Assembly (NCBI GenBank): GCA_963792585.1
Contig: CAWBWI010000003.1
Location: 960,001-1,024,000, forward strand
Length of the DNA stretch: 64,000 bases
Reading direction: 5' to 3'
Source: Candidatus Eiseniibacteriota bacterium
Lineage (GTDB): Bacteria; Eisenbacteria; RBG-16-71-46; CAIMUX01; VGJL01
The notes below the pieces were generated by a model. The model was given only the letters and a program-made list of their open reading frames with translations, searched no databases and was not told the DNA's origin. The translations under genes and the position numbers were made by a program. Below, piece by piece: positions 1-10,773 of this stretch. Within the stretch, counting starts at the first letter, position 1. Each line of letters begins with the position of its first letter.

Positions 1-259
1 ACTCGAATGCGATGCTGTCGACGATGCCGGGTAGATCCGCACTGACGGTGACCCCGTGGACCGCCTCCACGCTGCCGATGAAACCCAGCGTTGCGGGCCA
101 CTCATTCTGCTCGGTGACGATCGTGGTGATTGCCTCCGGTGGAGGCTGCCACGACATTCCCTGAGCGATGGCTGTCTGAATCTGCCGGTACTTCACGAAC
201 CCGATGGCCCCGAGGAAGAATAGGGCGGCCACCAGCATCAATATCATGCGTCGCTTCAT
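1..259 (-). CDS. RND efflux periplasmic adaptor (membrane fusion protein), runs off the window edge
   Basis: Hand translation from ATG 259: MKRRMILMLVAALFFLGAIGFVKYRQIQTAIAQGMSWQPPPEAITT...IGSVEAVHGVTVSADLPGIVDSIAFE, a typical MFP N-terminus; lies directly downstream of TolC. Confidence 0.85.
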   Translation of the reverse strand, partial: MKRRMILMLVAALFFLGAIGFVKYRQIQTAIAQGMSWQPPPEAITTIVTEQNEWPATLGFIGSVEAVHGVTVSADLPGIVDSIAFE

Positions 260-292
260 TGTCGAACGTCTCCCTTGCTATCCGAACACAGT

Positions 293-1852
293 TCAGGGCG
301 TGGCCTCGCCCAGGTCGATGCCCCTTGCCTCGATCAAGGATCCGGTCGCGCGCGCCATCTCGGTGCGTGCGGTCCGGTAGTCGATCAGAGACGAAATCTC
401 GTCGAGCCGAGCGCGCGAGAGGTCGTTCTGTCGCGTGAGGACGAGAAAGTTCGTGGAGAGCCCCGCCGCGTATCGATCCCGTTCCGCCGAGAGCTGCACC
501 TGCGCCGCGTCACGACCCGCGCGGGCGGCGGTAATCCGCTGGCCGGCAGTCTCCAGTGCTGCCGCCGCATCGAGGACCTCGGCACGGATGATCTTGCGCA
601 CCTGTGCCAGGTTCGCTTCCGCTTGCCGCTCTACGCTTCGCGCCGAGACGGCGGCGGCGCGGGCCGTCCGATTGCGTATCGGGAAGCCCAGGACGAGGCC
701 CACGCGGACCGCGTCGAAGTCGCCATCGCCCAGTTTCTCGAAAGACCGCCCGAGATCTCCTTCCATGCTGGACGGCAGCATCCCCTCCGGATTGGCGGGA
801 TTGCGCGAGCCGGCCAGACCGAATCGGTCGTAGGAAACGACGGCGTCGAGGGAAGGCCGGACGGTGTTGCGGGCGTAGGCCGTTTCGGCCCGGCGCCGCT
901 CCACACCGGCTTCTCCCATCTGCAGCTCGGGCCTGACATGGAGAGCACTTTCCAGAAGCGAATCGACGTTCACGGGCGCGGGCTCGACCGTTGCGGCGTC
1001 GACCGGAACGATCGGGTCGTGCCATAGCGGGTCGTCATCGCCAAGGATCAGCAGCTTGAGCGCGTTCTCCGCGCGAGAGACCTGCTCGCGCGACGCGAGC
1101 TGGTCCCCCGTGCGCCGCTCCAACTCCGCCCGAGGCTGCGCCAGCTCGGTCTCCGGGACGGAGCCGCTCTCGACGCGCGTGCCCGTCTCGGTGAGCTGTT
1201 CCTGGGCAAGGCGCACGGCTTCGTCCCGCACCTCCTGCCCGAGCCGGGCGGCGACGAGCGCCCAGTAGGCCTCTTCCACGGAAGCGACCGCATCGGTGAC
1301 CGTTCGGCGCAGGTCCGCCGCGGCCGCCTGCCGTTCCGATCTCGCGACCCGCACGGAGAGTCGAGCCGGATCGGCCACGAGATCGCGCAGAAGGGGCTGC
1401 CGCAGCTCGACGCCGACCTGCGTGCCGTACGCCGGGGTGAGAAGGGCCAGCGTGCCGTCCGTCGTTTCCTTTGACGCCTTTCCTCCGACAGACACGGCCC
1501 CGCCCGTGGGGAGAAGCTGACGGATCGAAACGCTGCCGTCGGCGGCCTTGTTCGTCGGGGCGAACTCTCCCTCAGGCGCGCCGGAGAACGAGGAGTTCAC
1601 CGGCGCGGACGACCTCTGCCATCCGCCCGCGACCTCGAGCCGCGGATCATAGGCGCCCCTCGCGCCGCTCACAGCCGCGGTCGCGGCGGCCAGCGATTCC
1701 TTCCCGATCAGAATCTCGTTGTTGTTCTCGAGCGCCCGCTGAATCGCTTCCGTGAGCGTCAACGGATGATCTGCTCCTCGCACCGATCCGGCCGCGATCG
1801 CGACCATGACCACGCCAAGTATGACGTGACGATTCCACCGCCGAACAATCAT
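293..1852 (-). CDS. TolC-family outer membrane efflux protein
   Basis: Signal peptide, LTLTEAIQRALENN, two OEP-like halves, RYAAGLSTNFLVL near the C-terminus. Confidence 0.92.
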   Translation of the reverse strand: MIVRRWNRHVILGVVMVAIAAGSVRGADHPLTLTEAIQRALENNNEILIGKESLAAATAAVSGARGAYDPRLEVAGGWQRSSAPVNSSFSGAPEGEFAPTNKAADGSVSIRQLLPTGGAVSVGGKASKETTDGTLALLTPAYGTQVGVELRQPLLRDLVADPARLSVRVARSERQAAAADLRRTVTDAVASVEEAYWALVAARLGQEVRDEAVRLAQEQLTETGTRVESGSVPETELAQPRAELERRTGDQLASREQVSRAENALKLLILGDDDPLWHDPIVPVDAATVEPAPVNVDSLLESALHVRPELQMGEAGVERRRAETAYARNTVRPSLDAVVSYDRFGLAGSRNPANPEGMLPSSMEGDLGRSFEKLGDGDFDAVRVGLVLGFPIRNRTARAAAVSARSVERQAEANLAQVRKIIRAEVLDAAAALETAGQRITAARAGRDAAQVQLSAERDRYAAGLSTNFLVLTRQNDLSRARLDEISSLIDYRTARTEMARATGSLIEARGIDLGEATP

Positions 1853-2085
1853 CGCATCTCTCCTCGGAGATCACTCTTCTGCAATCGTGGGTCGAGAGTA
1901 TCGGCGAAGCGTGAGAGCCGACGGGAATCGATGCAAAGCAGCCCTCGAATCTCGCAACCCGTCAGCTCCACGCCCCTCTCGACGAGTTCATGGAGAACAG
2001 CACTCGGTTCCTGTGCGAAGCGGCGTCGCAACGCCTCGTCCGTCGCCAGCAATCCGATCACGCGCTCCACGTTCGTCTGGCTCAT
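1849..2085 (-). CDS. Small NHLP-clan (Os1348/Franean1_4349-like) protein, 78 aa
   Basis: MSQTNVERVIGLLATDEALRRRFAQEPSAVL resembles the nitrile-hydratase-leader-like pattern (vI.ra.tD..fR..l..dP); purine-rich RBS; stop overlaps the TolC start. Confidence 0.7.
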   Translation of the reverse strand: MSQTNVERVIGLLATDEALRRRFAQEPSAVLHELVERGVELTGCEIRGLLCIDSRRLSRFADTLDPRLQKSDLRGEMR

Positions 2086-2156
2086 GGCCCCCTCTCCTTG
2101 CTCCTTCCTATCGATTTGTTGATTGCGCGCGCGCACGCCCGCCGGGGACGCCGCGC

Positions 2157-2801
2157 CTAGAACCGGTAGGCGAGACCGATCGTCCCGCGCTCCATCCAGA
2201 TCTTGTCGGCAGTTCCGTCGACGGACAGGCCGGCCGCATCTTCGGCCGGAAACGCCACGAGCTCACGGAAGTCCGCCCGCAACGACCACGGGCCGCTCAC
2301 CGCATAGGTCACACCGGCCCCGAAGTTGAGGGCGAACGCCGTCTCCGACGACTTGATCTGCGGAAGACGATCGGCATCGGTGTTGGACAGGAAGGTGACA
2401 GCTCCCGCGCCGCCCGTCAGATATGGCCGCACGGGCCCGTTCGCCGATGGCCATGTGGCCCGGAGGTTCGCCTGGTAGGCCAGGATGTCCGGCGTCTTCA
2501 CGTCCAAGTTCGAATCCGATCCGACATCTATGCTCTGCTTGATCGGGACGACCCAGGTGAATTCACCCTCCGCCGCGAAGATCGACGTGAGGTGGTAGGT
2601 CAGCGCCGCAGTTACCGGGATGTTCACGAGATTGTCAGCGAGGGCGGTGTCGTTCTTGTTGAGGGCCTGAACTCCTCCCTGGAGTGAGTACTCGAGACCC
2701 GATCCCGGGCCGTATCCCTGCGCGAAGGCGGTGAACGGCGTTCCCTGCGTGAGAATGACAAGCGCCCCTGCGAGTATCGCGAAAGCTTTCATGGACTTCA
2801 T
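2157..2801 (-). CDS. Outer membrane beta-barrel protein (OmpA/OMP_b-brl-like)
   Basis: Signal peptide, RPYLTGGAG, FALNFGAGV, C-terminal LAYRF; RBS AAGGAGG before ATG 2801. Confidence 0.85.
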   Translation of the reverse strand: MKSMKAFAILAGALVILTQGTPFTAFAQGYGPGSGLEYSLQGGVQALNKNDTALADNLVNIPVTAALTYHLTSIFAAEGEFTWVVPIKQSIDVGSDSNLDVKTPDILAYQANLRATWPSANGPVRPYLTGGAGAVTFLSNTDADRLPQIKSSETAFALNFGAGVTYAVSGPWSLRADFRELVAFPAEDAAGLSVDGTADKIWMERGTIGLAYRF

Positions 2802-2920
2802 GACTTCCCTCCTTGAAGGAGGAGGAACCATGCGAGTGTCGATTCGGTCGGTGCCGGTCGCCGAGCGCGCCGGAGATCCTTCCCTGGATGCATGGCCCTC
2901 TCCTCTCGTCCAAAGCTCTA

Positions 2921-2937
2921 TACAAGAGGGATGCCAG
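2921..2937 (-). promoter_or_regulatory. Putative sigma54 -24/-12 promoter
   Basis: Minus strand CTGGCATCCCTCTTGTA matches YTGGCA-N6-TTGCA with one mismatch in the -12 box; adjacent to a sigma54 activator gene. Confidence 0.65.
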
Positions 2938-3037
2938 TCCGAGGACTTCGGTGCATTGCGCTCGTGAGTTCGTGCGCCTTCAGCAGTTGCGGGACGCGTG
3001 GCGCTGGGGATGGCGGGCAGGGGATGGCGGCCGGACT

Positions 3038-3070
3038 GCGGAGAAATCGACAGGTTGTCGCTTTACCCGC
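3038..3070. promoter_or_regulatory. Imperfect inverted repeat, candidate upstream activator sequence
   Basis: GCGGAGAAATCGACA-GGT-TGTCGCTTTACCCGC, about 100-130 bp upstream of the sigma54 promoter. Confidence 0.4.
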
Positions 3071-3147
3071 GGTTCTGTCGCGGCGAGTCCAGCGCACGAC
3101 GCATCGTCGCGTTTCGGCGAGCCCCGGCATGAACCGCTGAACGCCGC

Positions 3148-5334
3148 TTATTGAATGCTGTATTTCTCGAGGCGGGAATAGAGCTGCGCGCGGCTCAGGC
3201 CGAGCAGCCGTGCGGCCCTCGACTTGTTTCCCTTGGCTTGCTGGAGAGCCTTCTCGACGAAACCCCGTTCGACGGCATCGAGATCGATGCCTCTTGCGGG
3301 TAACGGAGCCTGTGCGTCGATGAGACCACCCGCGCCGGCATCGGCGGATGCCACCACATCTCCCCGCACCACGGCCGCGGGAAGGTGCTCCCGCGTGATC
3401 AGGCCGCCGTCGCATAGGAGGATGGCGCGCTCGATCGCGTTTCGCAGCTCACGGGCATTCCCCGGCCACGGGTGCGCCACGAGCCAGCCGCGCGCGTCCT
3501 TTGAGATGCCCGCGGCGGGGCGGCCCATCGTCCGCCCCAGATCTTCGAGGAACACCTCCGCCATGGGGAGGATGTCTTCCGGTCGCTCGCGAAGGGGCGG
3601 GATGCGGATCTGGAACACATTCAAGCGGTAGTAGAGGTCCTCGCGAAACGCCTGCATCGCAATTGCCGCGACGAGATCGCGATTCGTCGCCGCGATGATC
3701 CGGACATCCGCCCGGAGCGTGCGCGTGCCGCCGAGTCGCTGGAACTCCCGCTCCTGCAGCACGCGGAGGATCTTCGCCTGAACGAACTGGCTCATCTCGC
3801 CGATTTCGTCCAGGAACAGCGTCCCTCCCGCGGCCTGCTCGAGCCGCCCGATCTTCGTGGTGATCGCGCCCGTGAAGGCGCCCTTCTCGTGGCCGAAGAG
3901 CTCCGACTCCAGGAGGTGCTCGGGAAGAGCCGCGCAGTTGATCGCGACGAACGGCTTCGCCGCCCGGGGCGAGCCCTGATGGATCAAGTGGGCAAGGACC
4001 TCCTTGCCGGTGCCGGATTCCCCCACGATCAGCGCGGTCGTCTCGGACGGCGCCACGCGGCCGACCTGCAGGAGGGCTTCCTTCCAGGGACCGGACACGC
4101 CGACGACACGGCCTCTCCCGCGCGTCTCCATTTCGCGCGTCAGCGTCTCGACGGTGGCGGCGAGCCTCTCCGCCCGCTCGCGGGCCTCCGTCGCGGTCCG
4201 GGCCTCTTCGGAGAGTCTGTGGTGGGAGAGCATCAGCGCGACGCGATCGGCGAGCCGGCTCGCCACCTCCACGTCATCGCGATCGTATCGGGAAGGCTCG
4301 CGGTGGAGGAACCCGAGGCCCCCGCTAACCTTGTCCGATAGGCGCACGGGGACGCGCAGCCATGATCGCATTCCCGACTCGGCGAGGAGGTGCTCCTTCT
4401 CCGTCTCGGGTGAGAGCTCGGCGGGGATGTCCCGCATGATCTCGAAGTCGCGGGCCCGATGCTCCGCCTCCTCTTCCGTGAGGGGGATCGGTTCGGTCGG
4501 GGGCGCGACATCGGCACGGCCGGCAACCGCGATCACACGAATCGATCGCGCGTGCAGTTCCAGCTCTGTCAGGACCATCACGTCATGATCCAGCACCGGC
4601 TGGATCCCCTCGGAAATCCGCTCGAACACCTCACGGACATCCAGCGACTCGGCCATCGTCCCGAACAGCGTCTCGATCCGATCGAGCCGCGCCTGCCGCC
4701 GCCTGTCGGCGTCCCAGATCCGCCAGTGCTCCACCGCAGAACCAAGAATGGCGGCGATCGGCCGCATCACCTGCTGGTGCTCGTCCGTGAAGGCGTGCCG
4801 CGCGTAGGCGCTGAGCCAGACTCCGCCGCTGAACGGCTCCGTCGCCCGAAACGGTTCCCAGAGCGCGGATCGGGCGCCCCCCTGAAGCATCTGCGCGTCC
4901 CCCGGGAACGTCGGATCCAGCTCGATCTCCGCATCGCCGACCCGCTGGATGGCTCCGGCACGCGGTCGCATGCGTGGCGACCAGATCGATAGCGGACACG
5001 GACCCGAGCAACCGGTCGCCTTTTCCCCGGGGCATTCATCCAGCGTGGTCGCGTGCATGACCGTCCACTGGCCCTCCAGAATGCGGATCACCCCCATGTG
5101 ATCGACCGGGATGAGTTCGCGGACGGACGTTGCGATGCGCTCGAAGACATCCTGTAGCTCGAGTGTCTCCGACGCGGTCGTCGCGATGTCCGCAAGCACG
5201 CGGGCTACGGCCTCCGGATGGATGAACGGAGGCCGGAGCTGCGTGGCCGTGTCGACCGCCTCGGCGGTCTTTTGCGGGCTCGAAGGGGTCATGATATTCA
5301 CGTTAACAGATGGCACCTTGATTGTCTGCGTCAC
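3148..5334 (-). CDS. Sigma54-dependent enhancer-binding protein (2x GAF, AAA+, Fis HTH)
   Basis: [53 protein letters not shown]; start could be slightly downstream (5292). Confidence 0.95.
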   Translation of the reverse strand: MTQTIKVPSVNVNIMTPSSPQKTAEAVDTATQLRPPFIHPEAVARVLADIATTASETLELQDVFERIATSVRELIPVDHMGVIRILEGQWTVMHATTLDECPGEKATGCSGPCPLSIWSPRMRPRAGAIQRVGDAEIELDPTFPGDAQMLQGGARSALWEPFRATEPFSGGVWLSAYARHAFTDEHQQVMRPIAAILGSAVEHWRIWDADRRRQARLDRIETLFGTMAESLDVREVFERISEGIQPVLDHDVMVLTELELHARSIRVIAVAGRADVAPPTEPIPLTEEEAEHRARDFEIMRDIPAELSPETEKEHLLAESGMRSWLRVPVRLSDKVSGGLGFLHREPSRYDRDDVEVASRLADRVALMLSHHRLSEEARTATEARERAERLAATVETLTREMETRGRGRVVGVSGPWKEALLQVGRVAPSETTALIVGESGTGKEVLAHLIHQGSPRAAKPFVAINCAALPEHLLESELFGHEKGAFTGAITTKIGRLEQAAGGTLFLDEIGEMSQFVQAKILRVLQEREFQRLGGTRTLRADVRIIAATNRDLVAAIAMQAFREDLYYRLNVFQIRIPPLRERPEDILPMAEVFLEDLGRTMGRPAAGISKDARGWLVAHPWPGNARELRNAIERAILLCDGGLITREHLPAAVVRGDVVASADAGAGGLIDAQAPLPARGIDLDAVERGFVEKALQQAKGNKSRAARLLGLSRAQLYSRLEKYSIQ

Positions 5335-5641
5335 GATGCCGTCGAGTGCGGTCCCCGCGAAGCGATCGTGTGCGCCGCGCGAGGAATCAGGCGGGGCGCA
5401 ATTTCACGTCTACTAAAACAGATCGGGGGTCTGAACCACCGTTTCTGATAGTGCCTCTTCCACCCGTCGATCGAACGGCGGATGGGGACATGCGTAGAAC
5501 GGGCGCTGATGGCCGCATGCGGGGGACGATCGCACGGACCCGCCCCGGTGGACTTCGGCGTCCACGGAGCGAAATTCAGTACCGCCGGTGGAGAAACCCG
5601 GTCCCGCATCTCGGACGGGGCAAATTGCTGGTCCGCGATCC

Positions 5642-5665
5642 TGTGGCTTTTTTCATCAAGCCACA
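5642..5665. promoter_or_regulatory. 8-8-8 palindrome, candidate operator upstream of the hydrogenase operon
   Basis: TGTGGCTT-TTTTCATC-AAGCCACA in an AT-richer intergenic stretch about 110 bp before mvhG. Confidence 0.45.
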
Positions 5666-5773
5666 TTGCTCCGGACCCGACCAATTCTAACGGATCCAGC
5701 AGGATCGAACTGCCCATGGGGGATACGGATAGCCGAAAAGGGACGCTTTGAATTCTCTGTGAGGGCTTCGCAA

Positions 5774-6784
5774 ATGGCTGAAAAACCGAAGCTTGCGATC
5801 TACTGGGCTTCCTCCTGCGGGGGGTGCGAGATCGCGGTGGCGAATCTCCACGAGAGGCTCCTCGACGTGGTGAGCTTCTTCGACTTCGTCTTCTGCCCCT
5901 GTCTCCTGGACACGAAGCGGCAGGACGTCGAAGCAATGCCGGACGGGAGTATCGCCGTCACGCTCTTCAATGGGGCCATCCGTACGGAAGACAACGCCGA
6001 GATGGCTCACCTGATGCGTCGCAAGTCGCAGCTCCTGATCGCGTATGGAGCCTGTGCCCATGGCGGCGGAATCCCCGCGCTGTCGAACCTGCACTCTCGT
6101 TCCGACCACATGGAAACGATCTATCTCAAAGGGCCCACGCTCGACAATCCGGATGGAGTTCTCCCGCGAGAGAGAGTCCAGGTGCCGGAAGGGGATCTCA
6201 CCCTTCCCCGCTTCTTCGATGAGGTGATGTCCCTGTCCCAGGTCGTGCCGGTCGACTACTACATCCCGGGTTGCCCGCCCGCCACCGAGCAGGTCTGGAA
6301 CGTCCTGCAAGTGGTGATGCAGGGCCAGGCGCTTCCGCCGGCGGGAGCGGCGCTGGGAGCGGGAACCTCGAGCGTGTGCGACGAATGCTCAAGGAAGCGC
6401 ACCGAGAAAAAGGTGTCCCACTTCAATCGGATCTGGGAGATCGTCCCCGACGCGGATCAGTGCCTGCTCGAGCAGGGGATTGCATGCATGGGCGTGGCCA
6501 CGCGCAGCGGGTGCGGCGGGCAGTGCCCGGAGGTCAACATGCCCTGCATCGGTTGTTACGGCGCCCCCGAGGGTGTCTACAGCCAGGCGGGGAAGATGAT
6601 CTCCACGCTGGGTTCGATCCTCGATATCGATCCGATTCGAGACCTGCGAGGTACCGAGGAGTTGAATGCGAGCGTGGACGAGGCCGAGAGAGGGATTCCG
6701 GATATTGCCGGCTTGACCGGCAAGTTCAACCTCGCGACCGCTGTCCGGCAACATTCCACGGATAGGAGAGCGGAGGAGAAATGA
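5774..6784 (+). CDS. mvhG: F420-non-reducing [NiFe]-hydrogenase small subunit
   Basis: WASSCGGCE, YGACA, IPGCPP, VCDEC, CLLEQGIACMG, CGGQCP..NMPCIGCYG Fe-S motifs. Confidence 0.88.
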   Translation: MAEKPKLAIYWASSCGGCEIAVANLHERLLDVVSFFDFVFCPCLLDTKRQDVEAMPDGSIAVTLFNGAIRTEDNAEMAHLMRRKSQLLIAYGACAHGGGIPALSNLHSRSDHMETIYLKGPTLDNPDGVLPRERVQVPEGDLTLPRFFDEVMSLSQVVPVDYYIPGCPPATEQVWNVLQVVMQGQALPPAGAALGAGTSSVCDECSRKRTEKKVSHFNRIWEIVPDADQCLLEQGIACMGVATRSGCGGQCPEVNMPCIGCYGAPEGVYSQAGKMISTLGSILDIDPIRDLRGTEELNASVDEAERGIPDIAGLTGKFNLATAVRQHSTDRRAEEK

Positions 6785-8346
6785 GCATCGCGAAGGACTT
6801 GAAAGAATCGGCGCCCCTGCCGCAGGTCCAGTCGGAGCCGGATCGGAAGACCGCCCGCAAGCGAGTGACGATCGACCCGATCACGCGTCTGGAAGGCCAT
6901 GGGCGCATCGAGATCTTCCTGAACGATGAAGGCAAGGTCGAGAACGTCTACTTCCAGGTGCCGGAGTTGCGCGGCTTCGAGCAGTTTCTCGTGGGACGGC
7001 CGGTGGAGGACATGCCCGTCATCACGAACCGCATCTGTGGCGTCTGTCCCGAGGCGCACCACCTGGCTGCCACGAAGGCACTGGACGACCTGTTCATGGT
7101 CGAGCCGCCTCCCGCCGCCCGGAAGATCCGGGAGCTGTTCTACAGCGCCTTCTATGTGACGGACCACACGACGCACTTCTACGTCCTTGGCGGCCCCGAC
7201 TTCATCGTGGGACCGGAAGCCCCTCCCTCCGAACGGAACATCGTGGGCGTCATCAACAAGGTGGGAATGGAGGCGGCGAAGCAGGTCATCGCATGCCGCT
7301 CGAGGAACCACGCGATCATCCGCAAACTTGGGGGCCGGGAGATCCACCCCACCGCCGGACTTCCCGGGGGGTGGAGCAAGCCGGTATCGGAGGAACTGCG
7401 TCGAGAGATCGAGGCGGCGGCGATCGAGAATCTGGACTTCGCGCAATTCACCCTGCAGGCCTTCGACGATCTCGTGCTGAAGAACTCCGCCTATCTGGAG
7501 ATGATCTTATCCGACGTCTACCTGCACAGGACCTACTCCATGGGGACGGTGGATGCGGACAACAGGGCGAACTTCTACGACGGCCTCATTCGTGTCGTCG
7601 ATCCGGACGGTCAGGAGATCCTCAAGTACCCGTGCCGCGAGTATCCTGATCACATCGCCGAGCGCGTGGAGCCTTGGACTTACCTCAAGTTCCCCTACCT
7701 GAAGAAAGTGGGATGGCGGGGCTTCGTGGACGGCAAGGAGAGCGGGGTCTACTGCGCGACTCCGCTGTCGCGGCTCAATGTTTCCGATAGTCTCGCCACC
7801 CCGAGAGCCAACGAGCACTTCGAGAAGTTCTACACGACCTTCGGCGCGAAGAGGGTCGACGGACGGTATCAGCCCGTTCACCATCGCCTGGCGACTCACT
7901 GGGCGCGCCTCATCGAGCTGCTGTATGCCGCGGAGAGAATGGTGGAGTTGTCCCGCGACCCCGAGATCACTTCCCCGGATGTCCGGCGCATTCCGAGCGG
8001 GAAGATCAATCCTCTCGGAGGTATCGGATCCGTCGAGGCGCCGCGCGGAACCCTCACGCACCACTATGAAGCCGATGAACGGGGCCTCGTTACCCGGGCC
8101 AATCTCGTCGTCGGAACGACGAACAACTACGCCCCCATCACGATGTCGTTGAAGAAGGCGGCGGAGTCGCTCATCACCGGAAAAACGCCCATCGGAGAGG
8201 GCCTTCTCAACAAGATCGAGATGGCGTTCCGGCTCTACGATCCCTGCTTCTCATGCGCGACGCACTCCTTGCCCGGCGAGATGTCTCTGAAGGTCAAGAT
8301 CAGGGACGCGCGGGGCGCGATCGTACAGACTCTGCAGAGGGACTGA
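6781..8346 (+). CDS. mvhA: [NiFe]-hydrogenase large subunit, group 3c type
   Basis: TRLEGHG, L1 RICGVCPEAH, EAPRG, L2 DPCFSCATH plus a C-terminal extension. Confidence 0.92.
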   Translation: MSIAKDLKESAPLPQVQSEPDRKTARKRVTIDPITRLEGHGRIEIFLNDEGKVENVYFQVPELRGFEQFLVGRPVEDMPVITNRICGVCPEAHHLAATKALDDLFMVEPPPAARKIRELFYSAFYVTDHTTHFYVLGGPDFIVGPEAPPSERNIVGVINKVGMEAAKQVIACRSRNHAIIRKLGGREIHPTAGLPGGWSKPVSEELRREIEAAAIENLDFAQFTLQAFDDLVLKNSAYLEMILSDVYLHRTYSMGTVDADNRANFYDGLIRVVDPDGQEILKYPCREYPDHIAERVEPWTYLKFPYLKKVGWRGFVDGKESGVYCATPLSRLNVSDSLATPRANEHFEKFYTTFGAKRVDGRYQPVHHRLATHWARLIELLYAAERMVELSRDPEITSPDVRRIPSGKINPLGGIGSVEAPRGTLTHHYEADERGLVTRANLVVGTTNNYAPITMSLKKAAESLITGKTPIGEGLLNKIEMAFRLYDPCFSCATHSLPGEMSLKVKIRDARGAIVQTLQRD

Positions 8347-8350
8347 TCCG

Positions 8351-8827
8351 GTGCGCACGATCGTGATCGGGCTGGGGAATCCGGTGCGGGCCGACGACGG
8401 CGTGGGACTCGCGGTGGCCCGGCTCCTCCGGGAGCGCCTGGAAGGTGTCGATGACATCGATGTGACGGAGCTCTGGGCCGGCGGACTGCGCCTGGCCGAG
8501 GCGATGTCCGGCTACGATCGGGCGATCGTGATCGACGCGCTCTGTACGGGAGACAAGAGGCCCGGTTCGGTCTGCCGGTTGGATCTCTCGGATCTGGGAA
8601 GCGCGCGCACGACGACATGCGTTCACGACACCTCCCTCCCCACGGCCATCGAGGTCTGGCGCCGGCTGGGTGCCCCCCTGCCGGAAGAGATCTCCGTCTG
8701 GGGAATCGAGGTCGAGAGCGTGGACGTGGTCAGCGAGCAGTTCACGGAACCCGTGGCCCAGGCGGTTCCACGGGCGGCCGAAGCCATTTTGGATCAACTG
8801 AATCAGCACGGAGGGCGGGTCGCATGA
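8351..8827 (+). CDS. Hydrogenase maturation protease
   Basis: IGLGNPVRADDGVG, IVIDA, conserved His. Confidence 0.92.
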   Translation: MRTIVIGLGNPVRADDGVGLAVARLLRERLEGVDDIDVTELWAGGLRLAEAMSGYDRAIVIDALCTGDKRPGSVCRLDLSDLGSARTTTCVHDTSLPTAIEVWRRLGAPLPEEISVWGIEVESVDVVSEQFTEPVAQAVPRAAEAILDQLNQHGGRVA

Positions 8828-10773
8828 AGGTCGGCGTCTACTTTTGCCGATGTGGCGGGATCGTCTCGGACAAGATCGACTTCGACGAGTTGGCGCGACG
8901 GGTCCATGACAGCGATTGCGTCGCCTACGTGAAATCCGTGGATCTCGGATGCGACGAAAGCGGCAAGGCGTTCCTTGTCCAGGATCTTCGCGAAAACCAG
9001 CCGGATCGAGTCGTCATCGTCGCCTGCACCCCCAGGGAGCACGAAGGGACGTTCCGCGGCATTCTCGCCGAGGCGGGAATCAATCCATTCCTCATGCAGA
9101 TGGTCAACGCCCGCGAGCAGGTCGCGTGGGTGACGGATGACGCTCACGAGGCGACCGAGAAGACGATTCGTTACGTGCGCGCCGCCGCGGCACGGGTCGT
9201 GCATCAGGAGCCCCTGGAGACTCCGGAGGTGGACGTCTGCACCGACACGCTCGTGATCGGGGGCGGGCCCGCCGGATTGAAGGCGGCGCTGACTCTGGCT
9301 GAGGCGGGCCGCCGGGTGATCCTCGTCGAGAAGGGTCCCATCCTGGGCGGGATGCCCGTCCGATACGATGAGATCTTTCCCCGGATGGAGTGCGGGCCCT
9401 GCGTCCTCGAGCCGTTCATGGCGGAGGTTCTGCATGGACCCCACGCGAGCAACATCGAGATCCTGCTTCAGTCCGAGGTCGTCGAGGCCGCCGGATCCTT
9501 CGGAGACTTTCGCGTGAAGATCCGCAAGAATCCGCGCTACGTGGATCTGCGAACCTGCATCGGTTGCGCCGAGTGCATCGGGGCCTGCCCCTCCTCGGCG
9601 AAGAATCCCGTCAACTGCGGAATGGACGAGCGCAAGGCGATCGACTTCGTCTTCTTCGGCGGCCTGCCGAACGCGCCCTATCTCGACCCTGTCGCCTGCC
9701 GGCGCTCGGGCGGGGAGGAGTGCACGAGTTGTCGGGAGGCGTGTCCGGTGGAGGGGGCGATTCGCTACGACGATCGCGAGGAGATCCTGGAAAGGCAAGT
9801 GGGAGCGGTCCTTCTTGCGACGGGAGGCGGTCTCTACGACACCGCGAACATGCCCGAGCTCGGGCACGGATCTCTTCCCTCCGTCGTGACGAGCCTGGAG
9901 TTCGAGAGAATCCTGGCGACCAACGGGCCGACCGGCGGCGCTATCCAGCGAGCGGACGGCGGCGCCCCCAGCCGGTTCGCGGTCGTGCACTGCGCGGGCA
10001 GCCTGGACGCGAGCCACCGGCAGTATTGCTCCGGGGTCTGCTGCCTCGACGCCTTCAAGTTCAATGTCCTCATCTCTCACAACCTGCCGGATGCTCGGGT
10101 CACGCACTACTACAAAACCTTCGCCGTCGCCGGCAAGGAGGAGTACGAGCTGTTCGGCAGAGTCAAGGCGGGCAAACAAACCGAGTTCGTTGCCTACCAG
10201 GATCTCCGCGATCTTTCCATCCAAGCGGGCAAGGACGGGTGCGCGACGATACAGACGGGAGGCGAGAGCAAGACCTTCGACCAGGTCATCCTGATGACCG
10301 CGCTCGTGCCCGGTTCCGACACCAAACCCCTGGCGCGCGTGTTCGACGTCGGCCTGGATCGACAGGGCTACTTCGAGGAGTTGCACGGCCGGGTCGATGC
10401 GACCAGAAGCAAAGTGCGGGGAATCTACCTGGCCGGCACCTGCCAAGGCCCGATGGATCTGGGAAGGGCCATGACGCAGGGGGCCTCCGCCGCCGGCGCG
10501 ATCCTCGCCGCCCTCGTTCCAGGGAGGAAGCTCACCCTCGAGGCCATCCACGCCGAGGTGGACCAGGACCGCTGCTCCGCCTGCAAGTGCTGTCTGTCCA
10601 TCTGTCCGTACAAGGCCATTTCGTTCGATGCCGAGAAGGACGCGACGGAGGTGGATCCGATCCTCTGCGTGGGATGCGGCACATGTGTGGCCGCGTGTCC
10701 TTCCGGGGCGATTCAGGGCAAGCATTTCACGAACGACCAGATCTTCGCCGAGATCGAGGGAGCACTCGCATGA
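8824..10773 (+). CDS. hdrA: Heterodisulfide reductase subunit A-like flavoprotein
   Basis: GVYFCRCG, IGGGPAG FAD site, ferredoxin CxxCxxCxxxCP motifs, HCAGS...YCSGVCC, GIYLAGTCQGP. Confidence 0.9.
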   Translation: MKVGVYFCRCGGIVSDKIDFDELARRVHDSDCVAYVKSVDLGCDESGKAFLVQDLRENQPDRVVIVACTPREHEGTFRGILAEAGINPFLMQMVNAREQVAWVTDDAHEATEKTIRYVRAAAARVVHQEPLETPEVDVCTDTLVIGGGPAGLKAALTLAEAGRRVILVEKGPILGGMPVRYDEIFPRMECGPCVLEPFMAEVLHGPHASNIEILLQSEVVEAAGSFGDFRVKIRKNPRYVDLRTCIGCAECIGACPSSAKNPVNCGMDERKAIDFVFFGGLPNAPYLDPVACRRSGGEECTSCREACPVEGAIRYDDREEILERQVGAVLLATGGGLYDTANMPELGHGSLPSVVTSLEFERILATNGPTGGAIQRADGGAPSRFAVVHCAGSLDASHRQYCSGVCCLDAFKFNVLISHNLPDARVTHYYKTFAVAGKEEYELFGRVKAGKQTEFVAYQDLRDLSIQAGKDGCATIQTGGESKTFDQVILMTALVPGSDTKPLARVFDVGLDRQGYFEELHGRVDATRSKVRGIYLAGTCQGPMDLGRAMTQGASAAGAILAALVPGRKLTLEAIHAEVDQDRCSACKCCLSICPYKAISFDAEKDATEVDPILCVGCGTCVAACPSGAIQGKHFTNDQIFAEIEGALA

